Shown here one piece after another: positions 48,021 to 58,776 of a stretch of 64,000 nucleotides of DNA. Made by a program: the position numbers and the translations under genes. Position 1 is the stretch's first letter. Every line of letters begins with the position of its first letter. The notes beneath the pieces were generated by a model, which had not been told where the DNA came from, did not search any database, and was given only the letters and a program-made list of their open reading frames with translations. This DNA is from a virus (taxonomy: Duplodnaviria > Heunggongvirae > Uroviricota > Caudoviricetes). Location of the stretch: the IMG/VR virus record IMGVR_UViG_2690316068_000002; one strand, 5' to 3'.

Positions 48021-48614
48021 CTAAGCAGCCTTCTTTGATGGTCTTTTTTTCCTGATCACATTCGCAGGATCATACCCTCCCAGACTTTTCATGACGTCCA
48101 AAGGGATCTTGCTTATAGAGTGCCCAGCGTCCTGACAGAATCCTCGAAAAACAACGAGCATACTGCCACCGGGGTTGATGTTTACTTCTACCTGACCCAA
48201 ATTGACGTCAGGCTCGACAAACGCTACGCGGCCACCAGACAGAATAATCGTCTCATTCGCATACTCTGTTGCACGCTCATACCACTTTGTATCGAGGGAT
48301 TGAGGAATTAGCATCACTGTTGTAACTCCGCGAGCCTGCTCACGTATAGCAGCATCAATCCAGGGGGAGATTTTGGAGTAGGGTGGATTGAGGAAGGCAA
48401 TTGTACCTGGCTGTCCCCATTCAGATTTCAAAGCATCACGCTCAATGCCTATGAAATTAGGCAGCTTTGCGTTGTCCTTGTTGCAGGCAACGTCAACATC
48501 AAATGTCACTCCAAGATAACGTTGAATGGCAGAAAACAGCCAATCAGGTGTTCTCCAGAGGTCACGAAGAGAGTTGTCGCGCTTTCGCTGTTTGATTTTT
48601 TCGGCTGCAATCAT
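48021..48614 (-). CDS. DNA N6-adenine methyltransferase, phage Dam-like
   Basis: 197 aa; catalytic NPPYS motif in a small phage-type MTase scaffold. Confidence 0.7.
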   Translation of the reverse strand: MIAAEKIKQRKRDNSLRDLWRTPDWLFSAIQRYLGVTFDVDVACNKDNAKLPNFIGIERDALKSEWGQPGTIAFLNPPYSKISPWIDAAIREQARGVTTVMLIPQSLDTKWYERATEYANETIILSGGRVAFVEPDVNLGQVEVNINPGGSMLVVFRGFCQDAGHSISKIPLDVMKSLGGYDPANVIRKKRPSKKAA

Positions 48615-48623
48615 CTTCTTTCT

Positions 48624-48652
48624 CGATAGGTAAGTGATTACCTATTTTTGCA
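48624..48652. promoter_or_regulatory. Palindromic intergenic motif family 2, representative copy
   Basis: tcgATAGGTAAGTgatTACCTATtttt; about 14 related copies in intergenic positions across the window. Confidence 0.5.
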
Positions 48653-48675
48653 TTTGATTTTATGTCTGGCAATCA

Positions 48676-48724
48676 AATAAAACGCGCCAGAAATGCAAAC
48701 GAGAAGCTCTCTGGCGCGTTTTTG
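48676..48724. terminator. Bidirectional rho-independent terminator
   Basis: aacgcgccag...ctggcgcgtt hairpin flanked by A- and T-runs. Confidence 0.55.
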
Positions 48725-48797
48725 TGGTGCTGGATATGTGATTGGCTTACCCAGCACTATAAAGCTCTCTATGGGCTTTATTTTCAGTAGGGGGACG

Positions 48798-49607
48798 TCA
48801 TCCAATAGTGTACTCCGCTACAAACTTCTTAACGATCGGTGATTCTTCGTTCAATGTTAGATTTCCACCGTCTCTAACGGCAACTCCTGTCGCTGGAAAT
48901 ACAGCCATCATTTGCCCAGCCTGAGTTGACGCAGTGTTAAGCGGATACGGTTTTTCTGGATTGCTCATTAAAGCAATCTTAATACTATTACTTGTAGCCT
49001 TCTTTTCTGTGAGAAGGTGTCTCATGGAAATTACCGTGTAAACACTAATATCTGGACCTCCGCTAAACCAATTAAGAAGGTTTAATATCTTATCCTTTGC
49101 TTTGACAGGCGCGTTTTCGTAAGCGTCTAAGAAAATATCTGTTTCTAATCCTGCTTTATTGAAAAACGAATCATCTTTATCACTTAAAGTAAAACGAGGA
49201 CCTCTTGCAGTACGCGCTTTTTTATTTGTGTTGCTATCATTTGACTGTTGAACTTTTAATTCATCATTAACATCAACACACTCTTCAACCTCAATCAATC
49301 CCAATTGTTCTGGCTCGTTTTCGGCAGATTCAACACTTTCAGCGTTAATTACGTTTATAGGCTCATGCGCTAACTCCAACTCATTTAAAGCAGAGCTGAA
49401 ATCACCTGCTTTTTCTTCATTGAACAGTTCTTCGGCAACATCATCAGAACTCATGGCTACGCCAGCATCGAGGCCGAGCAGCAGATCGTCAATATCATCA
49501 GTATTTTCAACCTGTGCGGCTTTTTTTACTGGTTCATCAAGTGATTGCAACATGGCTGTCAGCTCGTCCAGATCATCATTTGTCATTACATTTTCAACCG
49601 AACTCAT
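48798..49607 (-). CDS. Highly acidic protein
   Basis: 269 aa; N-terminal ~120 aa are Asp/Glu-rich (DDLDELTAMLQSLDE...ENTDDIDDLLLGLD...), less acidic C-terminal half. Confidence 0.5.
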   Translation of the reverse strand: MSSVENVMTNDDLDELTAMLQSLDEPVKKAAQVENTDDIDDLLLGLDAGVAMSSDDVAEELFNEEKAGDFSSALNELELAHEPINVINAESVESAENEPEQLGLIEVEECVDVNDELKVQQSNDSNTNKKARTARGPRFTLSDKDDSFFNKAGLETDIFLDAYENAPVKAKDKILNLLNWFSGGPDISVYTVISMRHLLTEKKATSNSIKIALMSNPEKPYPLNTASTQAGQMMAVFPATGVAVRDGGNLTLNEESPIVKKFVAEYTIG

Positions 49608-49767
49608 GTAAGTCTCCTTCTGCTTGGTTACATTTGCGTTTCGATAGCTACATTTTGACTAAACCTATCAGGCGGAAAAGTATTAAATACAGGCAGGAAA
49701 TGATTGAAAGGCGGCTGTTCTTTAAAAGAAAGCCTGCTTTAAACTCTCTTTAAAGCAGGCTTTTGTT

Positions 49768-50322
49768 TTACACAATTTCAGAGGGTAATTTAAAAAATCC
49801 GTACTTATTACGTGCCTTAAAGAAGCATTGCATCATTAAGTTTGTGTCATATAAGGCACTATGTGCTTTAGTATGATCGTACATAAAGCCAAGAGAGAAG
49901 GCCAACTCTTCAAGGCGGGGACGTTTACCGTCTTCTGTGGCCCACAGGGAAAATATAGTGTCAATCAATGGGATGTCTGGAAGCGAAAAACCGTAACTTT
50001 TCAGCTCATGCCTAATAAACGGAATATCGAACGCTTCGCCGTTGTGGGCTATCCAAATATCGGAAGAAGAGAGATACGAAGCGACAGATGAAGCGTGATC
50101 GGCTAGTAACGGCTCGGCGGCTAAATCTTCAAGACTGATGCCGTGTACCGCTTGCGCTTTCGGATCGATACTGCGACGCGGGTTGAACCGCATTACAAAA
50201 CTATCAACCATTGTCTGTGTCTCCAGTTCATAGCGGGTAATTGCGATTTCAATAATTTTATGACCAGCAAGGAAATCCAGTCCCGTAGACTCGATATCGA
50301 TGCCTGCAACAATCGTTGTCAT
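49768..50322 (-). CDS. DnaQ-like 3'-5' exonuclease (DEDDh family)
   Basis: 184 aa; Exo I GIDIESTGL, Exo II HNGEAFDIPF, Exo III HSALYD. Confidence 0.8.
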   Translation of the reverse strand: MTTIVAGIDIESTGLDFLAGHKIIEIAITRYELETQTMVDSFVMRFNPRRSIDPKAQAVHGISLEDLAAEPLLADHASSVASYLSSSDIWIAHNGEAFDIPFIRHELKSYGFSLPDIPLIDTIFSLWATEDGKRPRLEELAFSLGFMYDHTKAHSALYDTNLMMQCFFKARNKYGFFKLPSEIV

Positions 50323-50331
50323 CAGAACTCC

Positions 50332-50751
50332 TTACAACTTCTTAGCGCCCTTAAGTAGTGCGCTACGTACAAATTGAGCCGCTTTTTTCAAAGTTTCTTC
50401 ACTGGTTTCACAGACAATCGGATCTTTCCACTTACCTGACGCAGTGTTGAGAATATTGATTTGGTTGCTATCCAGACAAACAGAGATATAAAGCACCGTG
50501 CCACCAGCCAGCATCAAATGCATAGGAAACAGAGGCTTTTTACTGTCTTCACTGAACTGAGACATGGCGATGTTAATGGCTTCACCTACTTGTGCGCCAA
50601 CAAGCCCTTGCGCAATTTCGAATACGGTACGAATAGCCAGACGAGCCTCTCGATCGCTCATAAGCGACCGGGAATGTTCGTCCGCTACACGAATCAAAGC
50701 CTCTGTTGTTTTCCGATCCAGTTCATCTTCAAGTAACATTTCACTAAACAT
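50332..50751 (-). CDS. Hypothetical protein
   Basis: 139 aa ORF. Confidence 0.45.
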   Translation of the reverse strand: MFSEMLLEDELDRKTTEALIRVADEHSRSLMSDREARLAIRTVFEIAQGLVGAQVGEAINIAMSQFSEDSKKPLFPMHLMLAGGTVLYISVCLDSNQINILNTASGKWKDPIVCETSEETLKKAAQFVRSALLKGAKKL

Positions 50752-50812
50752 TTTTTATCCTTAACCCATTTTGAGAGTTTTATTGTCGCAATGTCGAAGA
50801 GGCGAACAATTT

Positions 50813-51457
50813 CTAATGAACGGTTACTCGGCCACAGAACCGGTTTTCTATCTTTTCTACAGCGTTATCTAGCATTCTCATCACTGATCTGGCTCTTGCT
50901 TCAACCGTGCGATATCGGTTGGAAACGACGAAGGTTTGCAGATCTCCCCTTTGCGGATGCAGGTGAATTTTTGTCAGTTCCCCGCACATCAACGCATCAA
51001 TACGAGCGACATACAGACGGTCTAATGATGCTCGTTGTGATCGCAAGTAATCTCGCTCTGAGAGAGCGACCCCCGGGCGTAGGCCAGCAATGGCGTTAAA
51101 GTTTGAAATAGCAGTTTTGTGGCAAAACTTTTCGATATCGAGGGCTAACTCAATACACCGATCTTCATTTGTATGGCCAACCAAATCCAACGTGTAGGCC
51201 ATAACATCAGCAGGTGTGCGATCGATAACAAAGCCTTCAACACCACGTGTAAGTAGCTCTATATGCTTTGCTATTTCCATTTGAATCTGAAGCCGCTCAT
51301 ATAGAGGCATAGACTCACCTACTCGAACACCGAGGCGGCTCATCAAACTTCCGACACCAGCATCCACGTAAGGGATTCCGTAATGTTTGTCGATATATTT
51401 AGCCAGGGTTGTTTTCCCACTGCCCTGAGCACCAGTGATCCCAATCCGGTAATCCAT
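50813..51457 (-). CDS. P-loop nucleotide kinase (dNMP/nucleoside kinase-like)
   Basis: 214 aa; Walker A GAQGSGKTT at N-terminus; sits in the nucleotide-metabolism cluster. Confidence 0.55.
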   Translation of the reverse strand: MDYRIGITGAQGSGKTTLAKYIDKHYGIPYVDAGVGSLMSRLGVRVGESMPLYERLQIQMEIAKHIELLTRGVEGFVIDRTPADVMAYTLDLVGHTNEDRCIELALDIEKFCHKTAISNFNAIAGLRPGVALSERDYLRSQRASLDRLYVARIDALMCGELTKIHLHPQRGDLQTFVVSNRYRTVEARARSVMRMLDNAVEKIENRFCGRVTVH

Positions 51458-51933
51458 TACGACCTTCTGTATACGATCTGCGAAAAGCCAGGCTCTTCCT
51501 CGCTGGCTCGTTGGGTATAAGCTGTTTCAACAGGCACAAAGCCTAAGTTACGCATCATGCTTGCCGGGAAGAATGCATCGGCGTTTGGTACATCAACGCC
51601 GATGTGGGAGAGCCAAATCTCTTCAACATGCGGCATGAATAGCGAGTAAATTTGTTCCCCGCCAATCACCCACACAGGCTCTGGTAATCGCAACACATCA
51701 TCCACACCAGCAGGGTAGAATCCATTTGGTACAAAGCCATGAGAGCGCGTCAAAACGAGGTTATGACGCTCTGGAAGAGGGCGTTTGAGACTTTCCATCG
51801 TTTTACGCCCCATAACGACAGTGGCGTTTTTGGTGAGTCTCTTAAATAGCTTCAGATCGGTAGAACAACGCCAGGGCAGTTCGTTCGCTATGCCGATCTC
51901 ATAGTTACGGCCAACAGCAGCGATCATCTTCAT
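51457..51933 (-). CDS. Dihydrofolate reductase
   Basis: 158 aa; colinear with FolA (IAAVGRN..IG....PW, VVMGRKT, WVIGG..IY). Confidence 0.8.
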   Translation of the reverse strand: MKMIAAVGRNYEIGIANELPWRCSTDLKLFKRLTKNATVVMGRKTMESLKRPLPERHNLVLTRSHGFVPNGFYPAGVDDVLRLPEPVWVIGGEQIYSLFMPHVEEIWLSHIGVDVPNADAFFPASMMRNLGFVPVETAYTQRASEEEPGFSQIVYRRS

Positions 51934-52343
51934 TTGCTCACCTCATAGATGACCGGTCGATGGTGAGAGTCGGCTAAAGCGGCACGGAGTCGAGGATCGT
52001 GCACCAGCGCAGCGATAAGCAGATCGCCTTTATGCTCCGCTAATGTGCGCTTAATATGCTTCTCATAACTGGTGCCATTCGGTACGAGATGAAGCCAGTC
52101 ATAATCAACGCCAAAATCTTTCAGCCATCGTTTAGTTGGCGCTTCAAGAGTTTCAGAGCGGCTACTGATAAGCACCACTTCAGCCCCTGAGCGAGCAAAA
52201 CCACGCAACATACGGCTGGTGGGGAAAATGAGTTCATCACCGGCAATGAGCTGGCCTGCATCCGCGTCAGATACTGATTTACGATGGCTGGCATTTGCCA
52301 GCACACCTTCAATTTCGCATAAGACATACATACCTCTTGCCAT
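51930..52343 (-). CDS. Hypothetical protein
   Basis: ORF-track start (52391) overlaps thymidylate synthase by 47 nt; internal Met (MARGMYVLC) is used here. Confidence 0.4.
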   Translation of the reverse strand: MARGMYVLCEIEGVLANASHRKSVSDADAGQLIAGDELIFPTSRMLRGFARSGAEVVLISSRSETLEAPTKRWLKDFGVDYDWLHLVPNGTSYEKHIKRTLAEHKGDLLIAALVHDPRLRAALADSHHRPVIYEVSK

Positions 52344-52344
52344 A

Positions 52345-53448
52345 TCACACCGCCACTGGAACCTTGATCCACGGTAGAGGGTCATAGCCAAGAATTAAAA
52401 CCTCGTCCCATTTGAAATCATCCAACTCTGACCATTCATGAGGGAAAATAACGACCGGATCTGAATGCTCTGGAGCCTGTCGTTTCATTAGCTCACACAC
52501 ACCTTCCATGTGGTTGTTGTACAAATGCACGTCAAAGCCAAAATGCACAAATGCACCGGCCATGTGACCCGTAATCTTCGCGAGAAAATGAGTGAGAATG
52601 CCATAGCCAGCAATATTGAATGGCATACCAACAAAAGTGTCTACGCTACGCTGTACGAGGCAGGAGTTGAGGATGCGTTTGGGGATTCCAAGTTCATCCA
52701 GTTCAGCTTCAGTAACACTGCCGTCCATCTCCAGATCGTATAGCATCTTGGTGTAGATAGACTCGTAACCGAGGCGACTGTGTTGAAGACCAATGTCAGT
52801 TGCCATCGTTAAACGGGTTTCAAAATCCAGCTCACGACTCCACAAAGAGAAGACAAAGTGGCAAGGTGGCAGTTTCATATCCTCAAGCTCGCCTACGTTC
52901 CATGCGTTAAGCATGATGCGACGATCGGTAGGGTTCGTGCGCAGTGTATCGACAATACGCTGTAGCTGATCGATTTCACGGGACAGCACTACGCGATCTT
53001 CACTGATACCCAGGTATCCCTCGACTTTGTACCCGCGTTCACGGAAAGTAGCGATCTTGCTCAGATATTCACTATGGCTCACGATGCGGGTATCTTCCCA
53101 TCGACGCCACTGCTTACCGTAAACCGGCCCCAAATCGCCATTCTCATCGGCCCATGCATCCCAAATCTTAACGCCGTTATCCTTGAGAAATTGGATGTTG
53201 CCCGTGCCTTTCAGATACCACTCAAGTTCGACAAGTAGTGGCTTAAGATTTACCGCCTTTCCAGAAATAAGCGGCACAGTCCCACCAGTAAGCATGTAGT
53301 AAGAGGGAACGTAGCAGGTGCTTAAAGTGCCAGTGCCTGTGCGATCATCAGCCTGCACGCCGCTTTTAAGCACCGTCTCAATAACTTTTGCATACGATGC
53401 GTTTGTTACCTGACCGTTCGTATGCTCTCGATTCAAAAGGAGTGACAC
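52345..53448 (-). CDS. Thymidylate synthase family protein (ThyA-like, with insertions)
   Basis: DRTGTGT, YGKQWRRW, catalytic LPPCH, and QRS.D...G.PFNIA.Y motifs; larger than canonical ThyA, so a pyrimidine hydroxymethylase cannot be excluded. Confidence 0.75.
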   Translation of the reverse strand: MSLLLNREHTNGQVTNASYAKVIETVLKSGVQADDRTGTGTLSTCYVPSYYMLTGGTVPLISGKAVNLKPLLVELEWYLKGTGNIQFLKDNGVKIWDAWADENGDLGPVYGKQWRRWEDTRIVSHSEYLSKIATFRERGYKVEGYLGISEDRVVLSREIDQLQRIVDTLRTNPTDRRIMLNAWNVGELEDMKLPPCHFVFSLWSRELDFETRLTMATDIGLQHSRLGYESIYTKMLYDLEMDGSVTEAELDELGIPKRILNSCLVQRSVDTFVGMPFNIAGYGILTHFLAKITGHMAGAFVHFGFDVHLYNNHMEGVCELMKRQAPEHSDPVVIFPHEWSELDDFKWDEVLILGYDPLPWIKVPVAV

Positions 53449-53618
53449 AAAAACCTCACAAAGATAAGTAATTACTTATTCATCGTGTGAGTTTACATTC
53501 ATTGAGAGAACAAGACCAGACAGATAAAAAAATGGTGGCCATAGGCCACCAAAACGAATAGTCATTCCAGAGTTTTATTACGCATGTTAAATATACACAG
53601 ATAGATAACTACCTACAA

Positions 53619-54488
53619 TTATTTTTTGATCATTCCGTACATTGCTGAGGCTTTAGCTTGCTCAACAAAGGAGGATAAATCGACATCACTATAGGTTGGA
53701 GACTTCAGAATCTTTCCATCGGAAATTCGAAAACCGATCATCTTATCGGTGCCATCAGCATGGCGGAATCCCAGATCTGAAGAGTCGTATTTGCAGTTGG
53801 CCACAGCCTGGCGACGTTCCTCAACATCAGCAGGCCATAATTTTGTCATGTTAGACCGATGAATTTCGCCAACCAGCTCGACGACATTGATACCGAGGAA
53901 ATCAGCCAGTCGATAAGTCATCATGCACGCCACATAGATTTTGTTCATTACACGGCGCAGTTCCTGAATCAGCTCAGAATCCTTAACAGTCTTCTTCTCA
54001 AGTTTATCTGCCAGCTCTTCGAGCATACATGACGCCTCACGAGCTTCCTGAAATGGCATTGCCATATCATCGAAAACAGTGTTACCGGGCACAAAAATTG
54101 TCTGCATAAAGCGATCAATGCTCTGTTCCTGCGTGTAATAGGTCATGCCGGTAGAAATACCACCTTTGATGGAGACCATCGTACCAACACCAACGTATAA
54201 AAAGTCGGCCATTGCATCCAGCAGTTGCTCAATATCCCCATTCATTGCGGCTGGAATACCTTCCACTACAGCTTCTTCATGAATCAGGCTTGCACGGAGA
54301 CGAAGCAGCTCTGGTGTCGGCATAACGCGTCTCGGATGCTGGAAGAGTTCATGAAACTGATCGACCATCTTGTAAATACTTTCAGTGGCTACACCATGGC
54401 CTTCATGCAACTCATATGGTTCTGGCTTAAATCCAATGAGTCGATCGGTGGCAAGTTTCAGGTGGTCAGTCAGTTTGGTAAAGTTCAT
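53619..54488 (-). CDS. Putative nucleotide pyrophosphohydrolase (MazG-like), tentative
   Basis: Helical protein with EE..E...D acidic pattern (ASLIHEEAVVEGIPAAMNGDIEQLLDAMAD); start set at the Met preceded by an RBS, not the longer ORF-track start at 54686. Confidence 0.35.
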   Translation of the reverse strand: MNFTKLTDHLKLATDRLIGFKPEPYELHEGHGVATESIYKMVDQFHELFQHPRRVMPTPELLRLRASLIHEEAVVEGIPAAMNGDIEQLLDAMADFLYVGVGTMVSIKGGISTGMTYYTQEQSIDRFMQTIFVPGNTVFDDMAMPFQEAREASCMLEELADKLEKKTVKDSELIQELRRVMNKIYVACMMTYRLADFLGINVVELVGEIHRSNMTKLWPADVEERRQAVANCKYDSSDLGFRHADGTDKMIGFRISDGKILKSPTYSDVDLSSFVEQAKASAMYGMIKK

Positions 54489-54565
54489 GCTAGTTTTGTT
54501 CCTTCTTAATTCTTGTGATCCATTGTGGCCCAGCGTTGCCAGGCCACATAATGCTTTGTATCGGT

Positions 54566-55708
54566 TTACAGGTCTGCAAACTGGCTTAGAGAAGCCTTGT
54601 CCACGGTAGAATCGATCTGACCTACCAGATATGTGCTTTGCTCTGCCTCTTGTGGTGCAATTTGCAGTGTGTCGGTTAACAACCACTTGTTCATCCAGAC
54701 CAGCGGATCAGTGGTAACTTCTGGAAATAAAGCCTTCAGGCCAAGACGATTCATAGCCAGATTGGTTCGGTATTTTACATAGGTCTTCAGAATATCCGCG
54801 TTTAAACCAATCATCGAACCGTCTTTGAAGAGATAGTCTGCCCAGTTCATTTCTTGTTCGGCGACTGATTTCATGGTGTCGTAAATGACGTTTTCTTCAT
54901 CAGCAGCAATCTCTTTCCACAATAAACCTTCGCGACCGGTACGCATGAAGCGGATCATGCGTTCAGTTCCTTCGCAATGCAGAGCTTCATCACGGGCAAT
55001 AAAGCGCATAATTTTGGTGTTACCCTCAAGCAACTTCCGTTCGCCAAAGGCAAACGTACATGCAAAACTTACATAGAAACGGATCGCCTCAAGCGCATTA
55101 ATGGACACTAACGTGCGGAAAAGCTGACGGTGCAAAGGATATGGCTCCCAGCCATATTCATTTACGTACAGACGCTCAAATTCCTTCTCGCCTAACGACT
55201 GGCGATCGCAGGTCATCCCATAAAGCCTGTCATATTCAGCAGAGATACTGATGGCTCGGTTGATGATTTCTTCATCCGTAACAATACCGTCAAAAACAAT
55301 ACTCGGATCGTCCACCATGCCACGAATAATGTGGGTGTAGCTGCGGCTATGGATAGTCTCAGAGAAAGACCACGTTTCAACCCACGTTTCCAGTTCAGGA
55401 ATAGAGATAAGCGGCAGCAGAGTTGCGTTTGGGCTACGTCCCTGAACTGAATCGAGCAACGTTTGATAACGGAGATTACTCAGGAAAATGTGGCGTTCGT
55501 GGTCCCGCAGCTTCGTATTGAAGTCGATGCGATCGCTCGAAATATCAACTTCTTCCGGCCGCCAGAAGAAAGACAATTGACGTTCAATCAACTTTTCAAA
55601 ATCACGGTATTTTTGTTGATCGTAACGAGCCACGTTGACAGATTGTCCGAGGAACATAGGCTCTTTGGTTGCATCATTAGCACCCAAACGGAACGTTGAA
55701 TATGACAT
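54566..55708 (-). CDS. nrdB: Ribonucleotide reductase class Ia small subunit
   Basis: 380 aa, colinear with E. coli NrdB ([29 protein letters not shown], di-iron ligand region [12 protein letters not shown]); motif-1 upstream (55736-55760). Confidence 0.9.
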   Translation of the reverse strand: MSYSTFRLGANDATKEPMFLGQSVNVARYDQQKYRDFEKLIERQLSFFWRPEEVDISSDRIDFNTKLRDHERHIFLSNLRYQTLLDSVQGRSPNATLLPLISIPELETWVETWSFSETIHSRSYTHIIRGMVDDPSIVFDGIVTDEEIINRAISISAEYDRLYGMTCDRQSLGEKEFERLYVNEYGWEPYPLHRQLFRTLVSINALEAIRFYVSFACTFAFGERKLLEGNTKIMRFIARDEALHCEGTERMIRFMRTGREGLLWKEIAADEENVIYDTMKSVAEQEMNWADYLFKDGSMIGLNADILKTYVKYRTNLAMNRLGLKALFPEVTTDPLVWMNKWLLTDTLQIAPQEAEQSTYLVGQIDSTVDKASLSQFADL

Positions 55709-55808
55709 GTGTTTTTCCTTTTTTGATGTGTTTAAACAAGTTGTTATCTTATGTGTTTAAACAAGGCTTACAAATCAAAGATAAGGTGGGGATATACCCC
55801 ACCATATG

Positions 55809-58124
55809 TCAGATTTTGCAGGCTCCGTCGCACTCATCTTCTGGCTCGACGGCTACAGCTTGCGTAAGTGGATTCTGCGCTTCGTCGTCATCACGCTTTC
55901 CTGCACCATCTCTGGTGTTGTGGTAGTAAAGCGTTTTAACTCCCATCTTGTAGGCGAGAAGCAAATCTGACAGTAGCGTCATCATTGGGACTTTATCGCC
56001 TTCAAAGCGAGAAGGGTCATAGTTGGTATTAGCTGAAATAGCCTGGTCAAAGAACTTCTGGATGATCGCCACCTTTGTCAGATAGCCGCGGTTGTCCGGC
56101 ATATCCCACAGGTATTCATACTGTTCCTTCAGTTTTTCAAACTCAGGCACGACCATCTTAACGATGCCGTCCTTAGAAGATTTCACCGACACCGGGCCAC
56201 GAGGCGGTTCGATGCCGTTGGTGGAATTAGTGATCTGGCTGGAAGTCTCGCATGGCATTTGTGCCGTCAGAGTGGAGTTGCGAAGGCCGTATTTTGCAAT
56301 ACGTTCACGCAGTTCTTCCCACGGCATCTTTAACTCAAAGTTGGTTTCGCCGCTTTCGTCTAATGAAGAACGGTAATGGTCGATCGGCAACTGACCAATT
56401 GCGTATTTGGTCTGCTCAAACCAGTCACACTCACCTTTTGCTTCAGCAAGTCGGCAGCTGGCGTCAAGAAGGTAATACTGGATAGCTTCGAACGTTTCAT
56501 GCACCAGTTTATTGCCAGCGGTATCAGAATAACGAACGCCATTCTTTGCCAGGTAATAAGCAAAGTTGGTTACACCAATTCCCAGGCTACGACGAGCTTT
56601 GGCAGGCACTTCGGCTGCCTCCATCGGATAGTCTTGATAATCCAGTAACGAATCCAGTGCAGCAACGGCATAGAACGCCACCTCTTTAAGAGACTCCAGT
56701 GAACGGATGGCTCCGAGGTTAAAAGCGGATAAAGTGCATAGCGCGATCTCACCGTTCGGGTCGTCGGTAAATGCCAGTGGACGGGTGGGTAGAGTGATCT
56801 CCATGCACAGGTTTGACTGGCGAACAGGTGCAAGAGCAGGAATGAAAGCGCCATGCTCGTTAATATGATCGACGTTCGCAATATAAATTCGGCCCGTGGA
56901 CGCTCGTTCCTGCATCAGAGATGAGAACAGCTCAATGGCAGGTACTGACTTCTTGCGAATTGAATCATCGGCTTCGTATTTATGGTACAGCTTTTCAAAC
57001 AGATCCTGGTCTGTGAAGAAGGCTTCGTACATATCAGGCACATCATGCGGGCTGAACAGAGTGATGTTCTCGCTTCTGACGAGTCGACGGTACATTAGAC
57101 GGTTACTCATGACGCCGTAATCAAGATGGCGAACGCGGTTTTCATCAATACCACGGTTATTTTTCACCACCAGCAGACTTTCAACCTCAAGATGCCAAAT
57201 CGGGTAAAACGCTGTTGCTGCGCCACCACGAACACCACCTTGCGAACAAGATTTAACAGCCGTCTGGAAATGCTTCAGGAATGGAATAACTCCGGTATGG
57301 GTGGCTTCACCATTGCGGATCTCGCTGCCCAGCGCACGGATACGGCCAAAACCAATACCAATTCCAGCACGACGTGAAACGTAGTCGATAATTGCGGCTG
57401 AAGCTGCACTAATCCCTTTCAGACTATCGCCAGACTCAATCAGCACACAACTGGAGAACTGACGGGTTGGAGTACGGACGCCGGCCATGATTGGTGTGGG
57501 CAGAGACAGTTTGAACGTACTTGTAACGTCATAGAAACCTTTGACCATCTCCATACGTGTTTTGCCAGCGCAGTCGTCTTCCCAATTCTGGAACAGACAC
57601 ATGCCTACCAGCATATAGATATGTTGCGGCCCCTCATGAATCTCACCAGTAACACGGTTTTGAACGAGGTATTTGCTTTGCAACTGCACCGTAGCTGCAT
57701 AGCCAAAAAGATCGTCACGTTTCGGCTTAATGTAATTGCCGAGTTCTTCGATCTCTTCAAACGAATAATGTGTCAGCAAATCCTTGTCATAAACGCCCTT
57801 GTTAACGTTCTTGACAATGTGTTGGTAGAAGTTCGGATAGTCGTAACGACCGAAGGCATCTTTGCGGATTTTAAAAATGTTCAGGCGGGCAGCCACCTGT
57901 GAGTAATTTGGTGCTTCTGGTGAGATCAAATCAGCGGCAGATTTAACCAAAGCCTCATGCAACTGGCTGGTGGTAATCCCATCAAAAATGCTGGCCGCAG
58001 CTCCCATTGCTACAGCGGATGCGCTTACACCACGAATGCCTTCTACGCCATACATTACGACGCGGTTGTATTTTTCTTCGGATAACGGCTCTGTTTGGCC
58101 GTTACGTTTTACGATGCTTATCAT
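55809..58124 (-). CDS. nrdA: Ribonucleotide reductase class Ia large subunit
   Basis: 771 aa, colinear with E. coli NrdA (PTPIM.GVRTPTRQFSSCVLIE, KSCSQGGVRGGAAT, NLC.EI.LPT, C-terminal CxxxxC). Confidence 0.9.
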   Translation of the reverse strand: MISIVKRNGQTEPLSEEKYNRVVMYGVEGIRGVSASAVAMGAAASIFDGITTSQLHEALVKSAADLISPEAPNYSQVAARLNIFKIRKDAFGRYDYPNFYQHIVKNVNKGVYDKDLLTHYSFEEIEELGNYIKPKRDDLFGYAATVQLQSKYLVQNRVTGEIHEGPQHIYMLVGMCLFQNWEDDCAGKTRMEMVKGFYDVTSTFKLSLPTPIMAGVRTPTRQFSSCVLIESGDSLKGISAASAAIIDYVSRRAGIGIGFGRIRALGSEIRNGEATHTGVIPFLKHFQTAVKSCSQGGVRGGAATAFYPIWHLEVESLLVVKNNRGIDENRVRHLDYGVMSNRLMYRRLVRSENITLFSPHDVPDMYEAFFTDQDLFEKLYHKYEADDSIRKKSVPAIELFSSLMQERASTGRIYIANVDHINEHGAFIPALAPVRQSNLCMEITLPTRPLAFTDDPNGEIALCTLSAFNLGAIRSLESLKEVAFYAVAALDSLLDYQDYPMEAAEVPAKARRSLGIGVTNFAYYLAKNGVRYSDTAGNKLVHETFEAIQYYLLDASCRLAEAKGECDWFEQTKYAIGQLPIDHYRSSLDESGETNFELKMPWEELRERIAKYGLRNSTLTAQMPCETSSQITNSTNGIEPPRGPVSVKSSKDGIVKMVVPEFEKLKEQYEYLWDMPDNRGYLTKVAIIQKFFDQAISANTNYDPSRFEGDKVPMMTLLSDLLLAYKMGVKTLYYHNTRDGAGKRDDDEAQNPLTQAVAVEPEDECDGACKI

Positions 58125-58197
58125 GTATCACCAAATAAAGAGGGCCACTAAATATAGTGGCCCATGTTAATAGATAAGCACTTACCTATCAATGAAA

Positions 58198-58767
58198 TCA
58201 AATGAGAGACTTAAGAACATCGCGCACCTGGCGGAACTGATCTGTTTGCATACCGGTATGGATGGCAGCCACCGCATCAGCCAAATGTTCGTTTTTGTTC
58301 ACGAGAACATCCTGTCCAGATTGCTTACGACGCAGCCACGGTGCTTTAGGGTGTTTTTTCGTAGCCCACTGGATAATCTCTTCTTTCGATGTAGTAAGTT
58401 TATTGCCGACAAAATGCTTGATTTCGTTTGGAGTAACCTGGATCAATGGCTTATCCACACACGCAAGTACACCGATACAAATACCGTAAGACGTCTGCGA
58501 ACGAGAGTTTTGGCTCCCAACCGGTAGCTCACAAAAAACCATATTTGCCTTATCAATGATTGGCTTCGCAACACGCCATATTTCACTGGCGCGGCGCAGA
58601 TCGTCACTGTTCACACGAACGGTCTTTTTGTTACTCCCCGCTTTAGTCTCAACAAGAGTAAGGCCGTGAATCTCAAGTTCGTCCGTCTCAAGGTCTAAAG
58701 TGCCCACAGCAAGCCCAAAGTTGCTCATTGAGGGATCAACACCAACTACGCTGATTTTTTTACTCAT
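58198..58767 (-). CDS. RuvC-like Holliday junction resolvase (putative)
   Basis: 189 aa; N-terminal VVGVDPSMSNFGLAV resembles the RuvC/YqgF first catalytic-Asp strand. Confidence 0.55.
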   Translation of the reverse strand: MSKKISVVGVDPSMSNFGLAVGTLDLETDELEIHGLTLVETKAGSNKKTVRVNSDDLRRASEIWRVAKPIIDKANMVFCELPVGSQNSRSQTSYGICIGVLACVDKPLIQVTPNEIKHFVGNKLTTSKEEIIQWATKKHPKAPWLRRKQSGQDVLVNKNEHLADAVAAIHTGMQTDQFRQVRDVLKSLI

Positions 58768-58776
58768 ATAGTCTCC

